A program made the position numbers and the translations under genes. Under the pieces are notes generated by a model. The model was given only the letters and a program-made list of their open reading frames with translations, ran no database searches and was not told where the DNA came from. Below, one piece after another: positions 24,121-36,908 of a stretch of 64,000 nt of DNA. Positions within the stretch are counted from its first letter, which is position 1. Each line of letters starts with the position of its first letter. This DNA is from Microthyrium microscopicum (taxonomy: Eukaryota), in contig MU004230.1 in the NCBI GenBank assembly GCA_010405405.1, positions 840,627-904,626 on the forward strand. Reading direction: 5' to 3'.

Positions 24121-25620
24121 CTATGTCTTCTCGTCATCTTTCTTTTCTCGGTTCCTACGTCGTCGTTTTCTGGCGTTGGCTAGCAATGCTTCTGGTGTCA
24201 GCAGGTAATCTGGCAAGCCAAACTCTACTTCAGGCATGTCTGGCAGAGGATGTCCCAAAGCAAGCACCGTCCGCCGTCCCGCGCGGCCCTTGCTAAGTGC
24301 TGCTGCGCGTAGGTGTGGCTTTGCATAAAAACTTGTGAAGGGTTTTGGCGGTTCAGGGGGTTTAGGTGGTACTTGAGCTTTTGGCCGACTTGGTCGAGGA
24401 CGAGACTTGCTTGCGATTTTTGCTTCTTGCTGTAGTTGACGAGCGGCCCAGGCATCAATATCGCTCGAGTTTATGTCGTGCGAGTCACCGTCGCTATCGT
24501 TGTATGTCCCAGGCTCGACAGAAGATTCCTCTTCATAGTCTTCTTCGCGAGCAGCTTTTTCAAGCTGTAAGCGTTTTTCTGCTTCTTTCCAAACTTGGAA
24601 TTTCTTGAGAAGACCACGCACTTCCCGGATAAAGTAGTCGCGCTTGGGCTCGTAGTCTTTACGGGCGCCGTCGGTGATGCCAGTTATTCCCATGACACGA
24701 AGCCAGTCTGGGCCTTGGAGCGAATCGAGAAGGATTTCGAGTTGTCCTTTTTCATGTTGGGCTCGTTCTTTTTCTATGTTGCGGAGTTGCTTTTCTCGTC
24801 GCTCGGCTCTGCGATGGGTGGGAAAGAATATTTCATCGTTGAGAGGATCGGTGGTGAGAGTTGATATTGGTACAGGTGCTAATGAAAACAAGTCGACTTT
24901 GTCGAATGAGCCGGTAGTAGTTGGTTTTGAAATAGTAGAAACACGAGGTAATGCGGCTTTGCCTTGCGATGGTGGGAGAGCAGCATCTGTGATTAGAATA
25001 GCTTCGTCGAGGCTAAGGTATTCTAGAACATCTAAGTCTTCTATGCATAAAAGCTTGGGGACCAACATACCTTTAGGTTGAGGAGTTCCGGCAATAACAT
25101 CCTCAAAGTTAGCGAAATATATTGCAAGGTCACTCTTCAGTCTTGAGCCTCCAGCTTTAGATCGTAAAGATCTTGTCTCCTCTCCAGTCTTTTGTCGTGG
25201 TGATTCATCTCCTACAATCCTCACCTTGGACTTGTGGAGGTTCTCCGCACCAAGAAATGCATCAACTCTCCGCTTAACAGTCCCATTCGAGCCAGTTCCA
25301 TTTTTCAATTGTATAACTTCAACCGTCGCAGCAGGGTTTATTGTACCATTGATTCCATCGGGTTCTACACTCTTTTGTGATGCTGGTCGTCCATCTCTCG
25401 TACGTTTCCGCGTCTCCAGCGGCAGCTTCTGCTTGCCTGCCAGCGTCTCAGGCAACTCAGAAGGCTGAGCGGCCTTGTTTGCTCTTGTAGACGGCCGTAG
25501 AGCTATAGGTACCGTGGAGCTAGCAATTCCTAGCGGGTTTTGTCTACTTGTGGCGAGTTCAGGCGAAGTTGTCATCCGAGACGTCGTGTGACCGCTTGAG
25601 CGTGATGGCAGATCGAGCAT
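24121..25620 (-). CDS. SAS4: SAS histone acetyltransferase complex subunit Sas4-like protein; probable 48-nt intron 25023-25070; start uncertain
   Basis: DPLNDEIFFPTHRRAERREKQLRNIEKERAQHEKGQLEILLDSLQGPDWLRVMG is the Sas4 core; C-terminal KPFTSFYAKPHLR...ALGHPLP motif. Confidence 0.82.
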   Translation of the reverse strand: MLDLPSRSSGHTTSRMTTSPELATSRQNPLGIASSTVPIALRPSTRANKAAQPSELPETLAGKQKLPLETRKRTRDGRPASQKSVEPDGINGTINPAATVEVIQLKNGTGSNGTVKRRVDAFLGAENLHKSKVRIVGDESPRQKTGEETRSLRSKAGGSRLKSDLAIYFANFEDVIAGTPQPKGMLVPKLLCIEDLDVLEYLSLDEAILITDAALPPSQGKAALPRVSTISKPTTTGSFDKVDLFSLAPVPISTLTTDPLNDEIFFPTHRRAERREKQLRNIEKERAQHEKGQLEILLDSLQGPDWLRVMGITGITDGARKDYEPKRDYFIREVRGLLKKFQVWKEAEKRLQLEKAAREEDYEEESSVEPGTYNDSDGDSHDINSSDIDAWAARQLQQEAKIASKSRPRPSRPKAQVPPKPPEPPKPFTSFYAKPHLRAAALSKGRAGRRTVLALGHPLPDMPEVEFGLPDYLLTPEALLANARKRRRRNREKKDDEKT

Positions 25621-25990
25621 CGCTGGGACGCGGGCAGGGCATCGCTTTCGGGGCGGATTGTGATGGAATTAAGACATGGAATATATGGTGGGGAGTAATT
25701 GAGTCGATTCGACAGGTTATCTTGGAGAATTGACGCGTTTGGGAGATGGAATAGAGGTCGCTGGTGGATGGGTTTTCTCTCTTGGTTAAAGTTAGGGGCC
25801 TGCGTCAAGACTCAAGTGCCCAGGTGGGAGGGGCTTCTTCACGACTCTTGCCGCAAGACTGCATCAAATTACTACTCTCAACATCTCTACACCTCTCTTC
25901 TCTTTTTGTTTTCTATATAAACGTAGCCTTACGCGAGTCTGCCAATTCTCTAGTTTTCTCACTTTCTCACTGCTCTTTGGGCCATTATGA

Positions 25991-26758
25991 ATGGCTGAGT
26001 CCGTCAGATCTGATATCCATGAGACTGATCTCTCAAACGAGACGGTCTCTTCGCCACCGTATTGGCAGACTGAACACCATGACTCGTCTGGTGATGGAAA
26101 GACACAATCAGCTAGACACTCGGTGAGGTCGCGATTCATATCTTTAGTTGATAACACAGGCGATGAATCTGAGCAAAGCAAAGCCTGCTGGGCAAGATCG
26201 GCTAAGATACCCAACTACACGGTTGTCGGAGGTGGTTTGGGGTCTTTAGGATCTTATGTGGATTTCAATTGTGTTTTAGAAACTTCAAATGTATGTTACT
26301 CGGTCCTGTTGAATATAGTTTAGACCATATACTCATTCTGAATCAGGGAAGCACAATGTCACTTCATAAGAGGTATGAAACGAGAAATGATACTCAGGTA
26401 GTCCCTTGAAGCAATTGCGCGATTGACTTGGTGATCAGATATTCCGAATTTGATACTCTAAGGAGTCACCTTTCTCATACCTTTCCTAATTCCAAACAAT
26501 CTTTACCAAAACTGCCACCGAAGAGCGCTCTTCGTAGGATATCAGCCAGTCAAACCGTTGTAAAAGTTTACTAACCTGAAGTCAGAAAAATTCCAGCCAA
26601 AGTTCTTAGAGAAAAGAAGGGAAGGACTCGAGTATTTCCTCAAGTTCGTGCTTCCTACCACTGACTCCTTTCTATGCTGACCTTACATACCAAGCTGTGT
26701 AATCTGTAATCCGGAGTTTTCTGCCTCAGTCATCATGAAAGAGTTTATGTTTTCATAG
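25991..26758 (+). CDS. YPT35: PX-domain protein (Ypt35-like); introns 26291-26346, 26373-26438, 26534-26585, 26644-26694
   Basis: ISLVDNT...CWARSAKIPNYTVV...YVDFNCVLETSN|GSTMSLHKR|YSEFDTLRSHLSHTFP...LPKLPPKS...FLEKRREGLEYFL|..CNPEFS. Confidence 0.85.
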
Positions 26759-27023
26759 CGAACACACGACTCACGTTGTACATCAAAAATACGAGACAAG
26801 AAGTTGACGACCATGCAATAATAATTGTTCTACTCCCGAACCATTTTTAGTTCAACGCCCAAGGCTCAAAGCTATGTTAAAGAAGACAAATTACCGATGT
26901 AGCAGTCCATAAAAATGCGCAATGTCTCTGCTTTCAGTAGTCCCGATTTCTGCGTCAATCACCGAATTAATATTTCCCAGAGAACGCATAAACTCGAATA
27001 TCATCTTCCCCACACTCAGCACC

Positions 27024-27749
27024 TCACAAGATCATGGCAAAGCCAGCCATGACACCAACAACAATCATTCCAAGTCCAAGACTTTGGCCGACTTGAACCA
27101 TGTTTCCGGCACTGCTTCCGCTGCTTCCTGACGAGGAGCTGCTGCTTCCACCAAAGGTCCCTGCACCGCTGCTGCTGGCCGCGCTACCAGAAGAGGTAGC
27201 TGTGGAAGAGGAAGACGAGGTTGAGTTAACCTTGGTGGGATCGGCGGCACCGCAAACGAATTGGGTTCTAGAAATTGGTCAATTATACGTTCTTTGGTAG
27301 AATCATGGCGAGACAAACCGGCAGTTGGACGAGCAGGCGTTGTCTTGTCCGCACTTGGTAACACACTGGTTCCCGTATTCCTGGCAGACGTGATATGGAA
27401 TTGTCAACGAATACTCGGTCTCGTTAGGTGTAACGCCGTTCGAGCACACACAATGCCAGCCCAAGGTTGTCTAGAGGGTGATTGTTAGCGATCTTATATC
27501 GATTGACAAAACGTCACGACTATTCCGAGTGTAACCGTGGAGTAGTGAGGTGGAACATACTGGGTCGCAGTCATTGGCGAGTGTGGTGGCTGATGTAGAG
27601 GTTTGTAGACAGATGAGTGGGCAGGCAGCCTTTTGATCGGAGCACCAGCTGTCTCGAGTACTCAATGGCACGGAAGCTGGGTCGAGGCTCTGAGAGCTTA
27701 CAATGCTAGCGAGGCCGGCGAGGATGGTGGTGATGGCGAAGGATCGCAT
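27024..27749 (-). CDS. Cys-rich secreted, probably GPI-anchored cell-surface protein; intron 27471-27560
   Basis: Signal peptide MRSFAITTILAGLASIVSS; SWCSDQKAACPLIC...NDCDP|TTLGWHCVCSNG; Ser/Ala/Thr-rich linker; hydrophobic tail LGLGMIVVGVMAGFAMIL*. Confidence 0.85.
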
Positions 27750-29467
27750 TGTAAAGGTGAGGCTAAGGTAGACAAGAAATTACGAGTGGTAGTAATAAAG
27801 GATTCTGTGGTTCAAAAAGGGTCAGCACAAGCGTTTCTTTAGTTGTGATGATATCTCTGGCTATCTCAGGGTTCGTGATCGAGACAGGGTAGTTTGCTGA
27901 CTTGGTCTTTGATGAAGCCGTGGATTGAACCTGTAGAGTTGCAAACCCTGGCGACATGGATGGTGTGGAATGTATGTATCATGGAAGCTTTCGGGTAACT
28001 TACAGGGTTGGGAAAGAACCACAGCAACGATGTATGAATTCAAATAGCGAGGGAAGTTGCGAGCAACGAGAGAGCACAAGTGATAAAAGCAGAAGTGTGT
28101 TAGAAGAAGAAGAAGAAGAAGTTTAGGACCAGGAGCCAAATTTGACAAGAGAAGAAGCGAAGACGACAAAGCTGGGCAAAAAGAAAACGGGCTTAAGCCT
28201 TAGGGACTCAGGGAGCAGAAGAGAATTGAGCACAGAACTAAAACAGCACCACAGCACCACAGCACCACAACTAAAAGATGGCGGGAGGTGGAAATGCTTC
28301 TGGCGTTGGCTGGCGGAGGAGGCGTATCTGTGCGTAAGACTGTCAAGGGCCTCCTGGCGAATTATTCACGGCATGAGAACTCTGGATGCCATCTCCAGGT
28401 TCTACCGCTGCAATTGCTGCAGGATTTATTGAAATTTAGGCCTTTTTACGACGAAGTGGAGGTTTGGACGGGTAAGAAAGCATGTGGTGATGGTTGCATT
28501 CTTGATGGGTGTGGTACACTTGAGACACCAAGCAAAGTTACAGTCAGTCCATTGTGGTCCGTGGAGCATCTGAGTTCTAATATTCGCGTGGACTATGTGT
28601 TACAGCATTGTGTAAGCATATTTAATGAACTTGTCCGAGAATTATAGGATGTATTCTGCTGCCTTCAACTCCAGAACTTCATTTCCAGCCTCAAAACACG
28701 CAGCAGAGATAGTAATTATCAGAAAATCATACCTACATCAACCTCGCGTCCTGCATCTACAGGAAAATAGTTCGACTGCAGTTGCTAGGATCACCCGCAT
28801 CTTGCATAAAAATCCAGCCAATCCTTGTCTTTTCAGCCGCTACGGCGCCCCAGATCCACCACGACCTGCATCAATAGCAGATCTCGGCCTTACCTATTCT
28901 AGCCAAAACTTCACCTTTTTGTCTCTTTTCCCTCCAATAAATATCGTCGTCTACACACGCTTTGAGCGGACATTGATCTATTATTACTTAAGCCTCGAAC
29001 TCTAAGTACTTCCCCAGCATCAAGTTCGAATCAGACCCTGACAAATATGTCCCACAAGCTTCACACGAGATGACCCAACGACTCATTTTATACTTTGGGA
29101 TTCATGAGTAATCAATCTTCCGAGTCGGCAAGTACCAGTCTTAATTGACTAACCCCGCAGTTCAGGGTCCTGAGTAGGTATATATCGTAGGTTCGCCTGT
29201 ACATCGCGACTTGGCCATCTCAAAGGATCTGATGTGAATCGAATGTCGCATAATCCAAGGTCGGAACCAGTAGTTAGAGAAGCCGATGAACTGATCATTG
29301 CCCTTGGCTTACCGTATGATTCTTTGCAATTTCCAAGTTCATTCGACCTCTGAACCTTTTGTGAATTTGTCACTTCGCCACCATTTTTCCAAGTCACCAG
29401 CACACCGCATCTTTTACACAAAGGTCAAGAAACAGCACGAAAGACCTCGCCCGGCTGTCTTTCTCGC

Positions 29468-31560
29468 TCAAGCGAGATCCTCCACAACCTGATCTATCCA
29501 CGTATTGTCATTTTTATATCCAACCCGGATGCGAAATGGGTTTATTTCTGAAACTTCTCTTATCATCACCTTATTTCCAGTGACTGCATTTGTTATCATA
29601 ATCGCCTCCTTTATGCCCTTTTTAGCCTTGCCAAACTCTGACGCAATCTCCCACGTTTGATAAAATGCACAGATATACTTCAATTTGTGCGAGTCCTCCC
29701 ATTTGAACTTCTCAGCTGTCTTGCCATTATCATGGGACAAGAATCCGTTGATAATGCCCTCCAAAAGATTGAAGCCAGGGTTTTCTGGCCGTGGATAGCT
29801 TGAGTAGCTTTCACAAGGATAACACTTGATTGCTGTCAGATTACGGCCACGGGTAAGTGCTTTCCCGATTTCCTTCTATCGAGATGATCAGTATTCTTGA
29901 TTAATTTCACAGATGGAGTTTCTTACAATGTCTACTTCCTCTGGTGCAAACTCAAACTCTTGCAACTCGGGCAGGCTATCAATGATAGTAGCCACGTTCA
30001 TTGCTGTAAGGTACCTAATCTGGTGTTCGCTAATAATGCTAGGGTAACATATCTTAAGGCTCTTCAGGTTCGTATGCTTGATGATAGCATGTACCAGCAT
30101 GTTTGATATATCAGGATTTGTGGCAATATGGCGCGGATTTTGACCGTAACCCACGAGCTCCAAGGCTGTCAAGGTCTTGAATGAGGAGATGAAAGAGCAT
30201 TTAGCTTCCAGATTGGCTTGGATCTGGTCTTCTGTTTCGTTCCAGCGGTCATCGGACATATCCAAGGACATATTTCGTAAGCTGATTCCCCAAGGTCTAC
30301 TTTGTGACGATAGTGCCAGGATCGCGAGATGTTGATAGAAAATATGTTTGCGATGGTCCAGTCGTTCAAGTATGAGCTCATCTAGTCCCATAAAGTCAAT
30401 TGCCCTTGACAACGACTTGATGAAAGCCGCATCGAATGGCACGCCGTGCAAAGTGAATCGTTTTAATGCGCTCAGACTATGCTTTCGCTTCGCAAGAGTT
30501 GGGTGTGCGGCAAGCCTTTTCTCCAAATCAGTCAAAAAGTTATCCCTGTATGGGCCTGACTTGATAACCAGACTCCGGAGCGTCGACGCTGAGTTCACAA
30601 TCATGGATTCGATGGCACTGTTATCGCTGGATGAGTAGTAGCTAGACTCGCCTTCCACAGCAAGATGCTTCAGATTCTTGAGGCTGCTCAAGGGTGGCAT
30701 ATAATCAGCTGGAATTCTGTGAAGTACTCGCAGAGCTTGCAAGTTTTGAAGCGATGCAATGCTCTTTCCCATGGGTCTGCAACATTTCTGATGAGTACGG
30801 GCTGGTAGGCTGTGGCTTGATGACTTACACTGTAAGAAAATGCGTCTCTACAATCTCCAAGTTGTTCATAGTCTTTAACGCCTCTTCAACATACCTATGA
30901 CAGATGTACTGATGCTTTCTACCTGGATCCGCCACTCCAATAGATAGCTGTTGAACATATGATGCAGCAACCGGCTCGGCCTTTGGATCCAACTTGCTTG
31001 AATAGCGTGCCTGTTGACCTTTGTAGGCACCTTCTTTCTTTAGTTGCTTCTTCTGTGCTATGCTGAGATATGGTTCCAGCCCTCGAATAAATTTTGCGAT
31101 ATGGGCATGATTATAGGCATGAACAGCAATGCGTCTGTGAAGCAAAGGTATCATGATTGAATAGTATCTCTTGCAAGTTCGAGCCAGTCTGCCTATGGTT
31201 GATGAGTCTCGAATCTGAGGCAGCAATATCAGCGGACTGGAATTATGAATTTATCCCTGTGCCTACATTATCCAGAATCATGTTGAATAATTCTGCTGGC
31301 AGAGAATAGAGAACGTCTTCAGAAGGGCCATAAGAGACGTCAAAAGCTGCCTCATCAAACTTACTGAGTGTCGCTTTCGTGGCTTTGGTGGCTTTTTTGT
31401 TAGGTCGTCCAGTGCTTGCGCTTCCTTCAGCATGAGTTGCGGGTGCTTTACGCTTTTTGCGGCGTTGATCAGCTTTGGCTGCTGGAGGTTGAACAACCTC
31501 AGGCTCAGGCGGCTTCTGTGTCTCCAGATCTTGGATTCTAGCGCTTCTTCTTGGAGACAT
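29468..31560 (-). CDS. F-box-like / leucine-rich-repeat protein, 4 exons (introns ~31215-31266, ~30777-30828, ~29876-29926)
   Basis: Basic N-terminus MSPRRSARIQ; F-box-like LYSLPAELFNMILDN|IRDSSTIGRLARTCKRYY; LRR-like LQNLQALRV, LKNLKHLAV, LKRFTL, LPELQEFEF. Confidence 0.75.
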
Positions 31561-33770
31561 CTTTGCGTAACCCGAAACACTTTCTCTGCCTAAATGCTCA
31601 GCGATGGAATCCGACTTCGACGTTATTGAAAGTTGCGATGGAGTCACTGAGAATGGTGAGGATCGCCGTGTCTCTAATGGCAAAAGCCACCAAATTCATC
31701 CACTAATAAATATCCACCAAATCCTCCCCCAGATTCATCCCTGAACGAGGCTGAGCTTAGGCAACAACGCGTGTCTGGTCACTGGTGTATCATTGATCGC
31801 GCTATCGCGTGCTCACGTGGTGAGATCCTCTTCCTGCCGCGGTTTTTTTATATGTTCCCTGGTTGTCGAGATTCAAGGCACCCATCGAGGAAACAGTTGA
31901 AAATCCATCGATTGGCGAGTTTGGTCCATGCTCAGTTGGTGTGATCGAATACGATCATAATTTCAGAACAGATACCAACCAGCTACTCAAAAAACAAGTG
32001 ACATCTCCCAGCAATATGTACTCGAGATGCACAGGTCTATCAAGGACAACAGAAAATCATCATGAGCTGAATCGTCCTGGAGAATACTGGCATATTTTGG
32101 TCTGTGCTTCGGCCCGAGATTTAATCCACTCGTGCCACGCGCTAGCCACGATCCATATGCCTTGAACCGCACGCGACTTCAACATCGAGATACATCCCAA
32201 GCTTCCAACTCCTCAACTGCAAGCGCTGAGTGTAATCTTCACATCAACCTAGTCACCTCGATTCCTCTCCATGGCCTACAGGGCTTTACAGATGATGCAC
32301 AAAGTGCTGCCTATCTGGCCTGAATATTGCTCAGTTCCAGTCACGTTCGTTTCATCGCAGCATTTCCAGACTCTAGGCGATGGGTCGAAAATATAACTAG
32401 TACGCTCCAATCAAGTATACTATCCACCATTCGATACGCTTGATGAGCGGGTGCGATATCTCTATCCAAGGCTGAAAAGTCTCGACATTCCATCACATGC
32501 GCTACAAATTTCAAGCATCTTTTCCTCACGAAGTGAGGTGGGAGACATAGTATTCTTAAGTCCATGTCTCTCTGGGTCAAATCATCATCCTTTTACAGTT
32601 ATTTTGCGGGCATCATGACTATTTTCGATGCGTACTGGCCCTTTCATTATTTATGCTCGAGGCTCAGAAACGTTGATTTCGGACAGCTTGGTACCCACAG
32701 AGGAGAGAGTGAAGGGTCATATATCTTCCAGGATGAGTTTATTATTGCTGAAGCAGGAAGGCATTTTATTGGCCACATGCCAGTATCCTAGGAGAATAGC
32801 ACATGGCTCCAGTTGTGTTTGTGATGCTTCACATCCAGGCTCAATTCTGTAACATGCAGCGTCAAGAATCTGTTTCTACCCAAGGCCCGGCCGTACACTC
32901 CCAATTTCTCAGCCAGTCTCGCTTTCGGCTTAGGTTGATTGAAGATCTGGGAACAAAATCCCGGGTTGCACTTTGGCAGTGTCGGCCTATCTAGTTACGC
33001 GAACATGAACATTCAGCAACAACAACTTTGGTAACGGTTGGACAAAATAAATGGCACCATCCATCACAGCACGTTTCAAACAGGAATGATGTCTCATAGA
33101 ATTCGATAAATTCTCAAGCAGCTTCAATTACAACAAGTGTTTGGTAATAAACCACGGTAGATGATAGCTATCGTCATCTATGGAGCACGCTCCTGATCTT
33201 GATCCCTCATTCATTACGTCAAGGGAAAAACAACAACGACATACCTGTGCATCCGGAAGGATTCTAAGCGTCGAATAAACTTCGAGAAGTATACTGTGCC
33301 CTGGACCCGATATCAGTGGCCAGCGTTCTGGAAACGCAAACATAACATTTTGCTCGAGTTTGCCAAGGCTCTGAATATTAGCGAAGTATACATGATCCAG
33401 CAGTCTTGGCTTGTTATACGAAATCTTGATCAGGTTCCGCTGTTTCATAAGGTGGATCTCCCGTTTCTTTCCAGCTTTGGTCCAGTCAGGGGGAAAGAGC
33501 CTTGAGCCTCAATGTTGGTGCAGAAGAAACGCATAGAAGCTGTAGTTTCACCCAACAGCACGAGGATTTCAACCAATCTATGTCTTGAAAAGGCACAAAA
33601 CCCCCTGGCTTGGTAGTCAAGGTTGCAAACTGGATTGCTTATTTGCAGTTAAGTTTTCTTATCGCGATTTCTTTCTTGGGTGCTGTATATATTATAGATT
33701 TCTTTTAACTTCTTTCTTTCAACCTTGAGATCTCTCCTGGTGAGAATCTATATCGTTCCTTTTGGCAAGT

Positions 33771-35735
33771 ATGGAGAAGGAGATCGTATATCATGTTTCG
33801 CCGGAGAAGCTGGAGAGGCTGAGAAAAACTGAATCGGTGTCGAGTGACGGATCGGGGGCAGAATTGGTCATCGGGTCTACCAATCTTTACGATGAAAATG
33901 GAGATATGAGATTGATTCCTGCACCAACTCCAGATCCAAGTGGTTCGCAAGCTCAAATCAGGGTTGATAGTCATCGCTCACTCATTCGTAGATCCCTTGA
34001 ATCTTCCTCAATGGAGGAAAAACACTGCAATTGGCGCAGTAGCTTTCTGTAAGTCGACGATGCAAAAGAGCAACAGTCAAAAATGCTAACTTCTTGTCCA
34101 AAGTTGGCGCTCTTGCTCTTTCAGCTGAAGCAATCATTGGAGCTCTTGTTCCAGTCTTTGCTTTAGAATATGCTGGCATTGACCCGAAGATTCTATCTCA
34201 GGTCGATCTCAGTTTACTAAACCCACCAGGAGTTGTTAACCTGGATCCATTGGCGCCTCTTGCCGCTTTAGGAGGCCCTCCGCTATGGAAGATCTCTCTC
34301 TTGTCTTCGTTACCACTTCTCACCAACGGTATCGCCAGCTATTTCTTGGTTCCACTCTCCATTTCCATTGGCCGTCGACCAGTTCTTCTTGCATGCGGAA
34401 TGCTTGCCTGGATTGGCGGGCTTTGGGCCGGCTTCAGCCACAGTCTTACCACTCACATCGTCGCACGTTGTATCCAAGCCATTGGTGCTGGAGCGGTCGA
34501 GGCTCTAATTCCTCTTTTGGTTCAAGATCTAGTTTTCATTCATCAACGCAATCGAGCTTTTGCGTCAATCTGGTCAGCCCAAGGACTTATCATCGTCAGT
34601 CTTGGAATTGCATCCCCACTGATCGTTTCTACCATTGGCTGGCGTTTTCTCTACTTTCTAACTTCTGGCGTGGCAATTGTCGCATGGATTGGATTGCTTC
34701 TCTTCGTGCCAGAAACTCGATGGATTCGATCTCAACAAGAGCTCGGTAAGTTGAGCAGGGCTCCTAACGATAGAAAGCTGCTAATAACTGTCTAGCTGGC
34801 AAGACAGTCCACTACGTTTATCCTGGTGAACGCCGACCTCGTCTTGACGAAGCCACTTATGGCCCAAGAACCAAGAAGACTAACTTTGGCTTGATTACTT
34901 TCGGTATTGAAAACAAAGAAGCAGTCCGCTCCATGATCGACACTGCCCGAACCATGTTCTTCCCAATCATTTTGTGGGCAATGGCTGTAAACGGCATTTT
35001 TATTGCTCTCCAACTAGCTGCTGCTCAGACTGGAACTTCGGTTTTAATCGCCAAAGGGTGAGCTTGCAGATACCCCCAGATATTTCAATCACTAACATAG
35101 AACAGATGGACGTTCAAGACCCTTGGTCTAGCTGTTCTTCCTATTGTCATTGCTACCCCATTCGTCTACCTCATCTCTGGCTTTGCTGCAGACAAGATCA
35201 GCAACGTGATTGCCAAGCGCAACGGAGGTCGACGTGAGCCCGAAAACCACTTGCCAGCTATGGTCATCCCATTGGCCTTTGGTGTTATCGGAACGCTCCT
35301 TTTCGGGTACGCCGGCTCATATGCAAAGACAACTCACTGGATAGTTCTCATCTTGGGCATCTTCTTCATTTCTCTTGGATTTTTGTCGGCAAACACCATG
35401 ATCTCTGTGTATGCTATTGAAAGCTACCCACAATGGGCCGGGTAAGCAAAAGAAAGCCTCATGACCTGAGAAGTCTGCTGACATTTCATAGCCCAGTTTT
35501 GGTCAACATCTCTAGCTGGAGATGCATTATTGGTTTTGCTATGAATTTCCGTGCCACTGCTTGGGCACAACAGTTCGGATTCCTTGGAAGCTTCGGCATC
35601 TATGCAGGCGTTCTTGGTGGGCTTATGCTGTTCATGCCATTCTTGTATGTCTATGGCAAGCGACTAAGAATGCGATCTGCTGGAACTGTTAAGTCAAGAA
35701 AGGCACCAAGGAAGCCAGAGTTCAACGACTACTAG
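33771..35735 (+). CDS. Major facilitator superfamily transporter (DHA1/HOL1-like), multi-exon
   Basis: LIPAPTPDPS|DPLNLPQWRK, LVPLSISIGRRPVLL, ARCIQAIGAGAVEALIP...FIHQRNRA, FVPETRWIR, RNGGRREPENHL, YAIESYPQWAG, YVYGKRLR. Confidence 0.9.
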
Positions 35736-35922
35736 GCAAAGCCAACACAGGATCTGCTTGCATCAAGGCCGCAAATATCAAACACAGAAAATCAACTTAT
35801 GATCCTGGAGAGTCCTATATTTCTTCTTAACTGTCTCCTCTTGTACTATATAAAACATGACGGTTTGTCAGGCTCTTTTCGCGATGGCTATTCGCGTAGA
35901 TCTGTATATGATGCATAGGGAC

Positions 35923-36603
35923 TTAGAAATTACAATCAGTCCCCAACACTCTTATCATGCTTTCATGGTACGTGTCTAATCCTGGCACATCCCACCCGAT
36001 ATGCTTTGCTTCATCGTCCCATTTTCGCAATCGACACATGTCGTCACACCACGGGCTACGCGCAAAACTATCCTTCTCGTTTCCCTGCATTGGTCCACCT
36101 TGAAATTTCAAACTTTCTTTGCTTGCATCGGACAGTTTATCATGATATGCCGGTTCCACAGCGCAAAGATAACGTTTGGCGGCTACATGAGCTTCGACCA
36201 GCCGTGCGACCTTGCTCGAGAATCCGAGCGCGGAAAGGTACTTTGCCCCTAGGGTCTCGTGTGAGATTCGGCCCACGCTGTGGCCAGTTTGTGTCGAGGG
36301 CTCTGAAGTTGTGACCGGGTCTACGGTCCGGCCGACCAACATGTCGGTCACTTCGCCCTCTTCCTTGCCCAAAACGAGATGTAGATCTTCCGCGGGAATG
36401 AATTGACCAATATCATGAAGTAGTGCAGCGACGATGGTTTCATCGTCAGATTTCGGCGTTGATGTTCTCGCAAAATGTGCACATTGTAGCGAGTGCTCGA
36501 GTTGCGAAACCGGCTCTCCAATATATGGTGTGTTTGCAGCTGAAGCCAAAATAGATAGCAAATGAGATGTAATTTCTTCAGGGGATAGCGTTAGTGAAGC
36601 CAT
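35923..36603 (-). CDS. phnZ: HD-domain diiron oxygenase, PhnZ/TmpB-like phosphonate C-P cleaving enzyme (intronless)
   Basis: YIGEPVSQLEHSLQCA, AALLHDIGQF, HETLGAKYL, EAHVAAKRYL, LSDASKESLKFQGGPM, LRKWDDEAK: the PhnZ-type ligand set; ATG at 36603 preferred to the TTG ORF start. Confidence 0.9.
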   Translation of the reverse strand: MASLTLSPEEITSHLLSILASAANTPYIGEPVSQLEHSLQCAHFARTSTPKSDDETIVAALLHDIGQFIPAEDLHLVLGKEEGEVTDMLVGRTVDPVTTSEPSTQTGHSVGRISHETLGAKYLSALGFSSKVARLVEAHVAAKRYLCAVEPAYHDKLSDASKESLKFQGGPMQGNEKDSFARSPWCDDMCRLRKWDDEAKHIGWDVPGLDTYHESMIRVLGTDCNF

Positions 36604-36908
36604 TTGGGGCTGGCAGTGACGAATGTAGTGAAAGTTCGGTAAACTGGAGACGAATATCTGATTTCTGATGTAGAAGGCCAAAGCACATACGAAAGGCGAT
36701 TACGCATTACCCCGCCCATTCGAATGCTAAAAGGTACCTACTAGCTAGAAGGTTTGTACATGACTGAAGACAGAGAGAACGATTAAGTAAAAAGTTGACC
36801 CGCTTGTTCAGCTCATGCGAAGACAATATGTTCAATTCACCATGCTAGCTAGGTAGGGTTCGCTTTCATAGTTTGTATCCAGAAATCAAAGTAATTCGAT
36901 ACTGCTAC

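Noticed and set aside
25023..25070. In-frame stop-free introns (SAS4 48 nt; permease 39032-39085, 54 nt) as regulated retention
   Set aside because: Short 3n introns without stops are common by chance; no other evidence.
28100..28270. (AGA)n and (CAGCACCA)3 microsatellites
   Set aside because: Ordinary simple repeats upstream of the GPI-protein gene.
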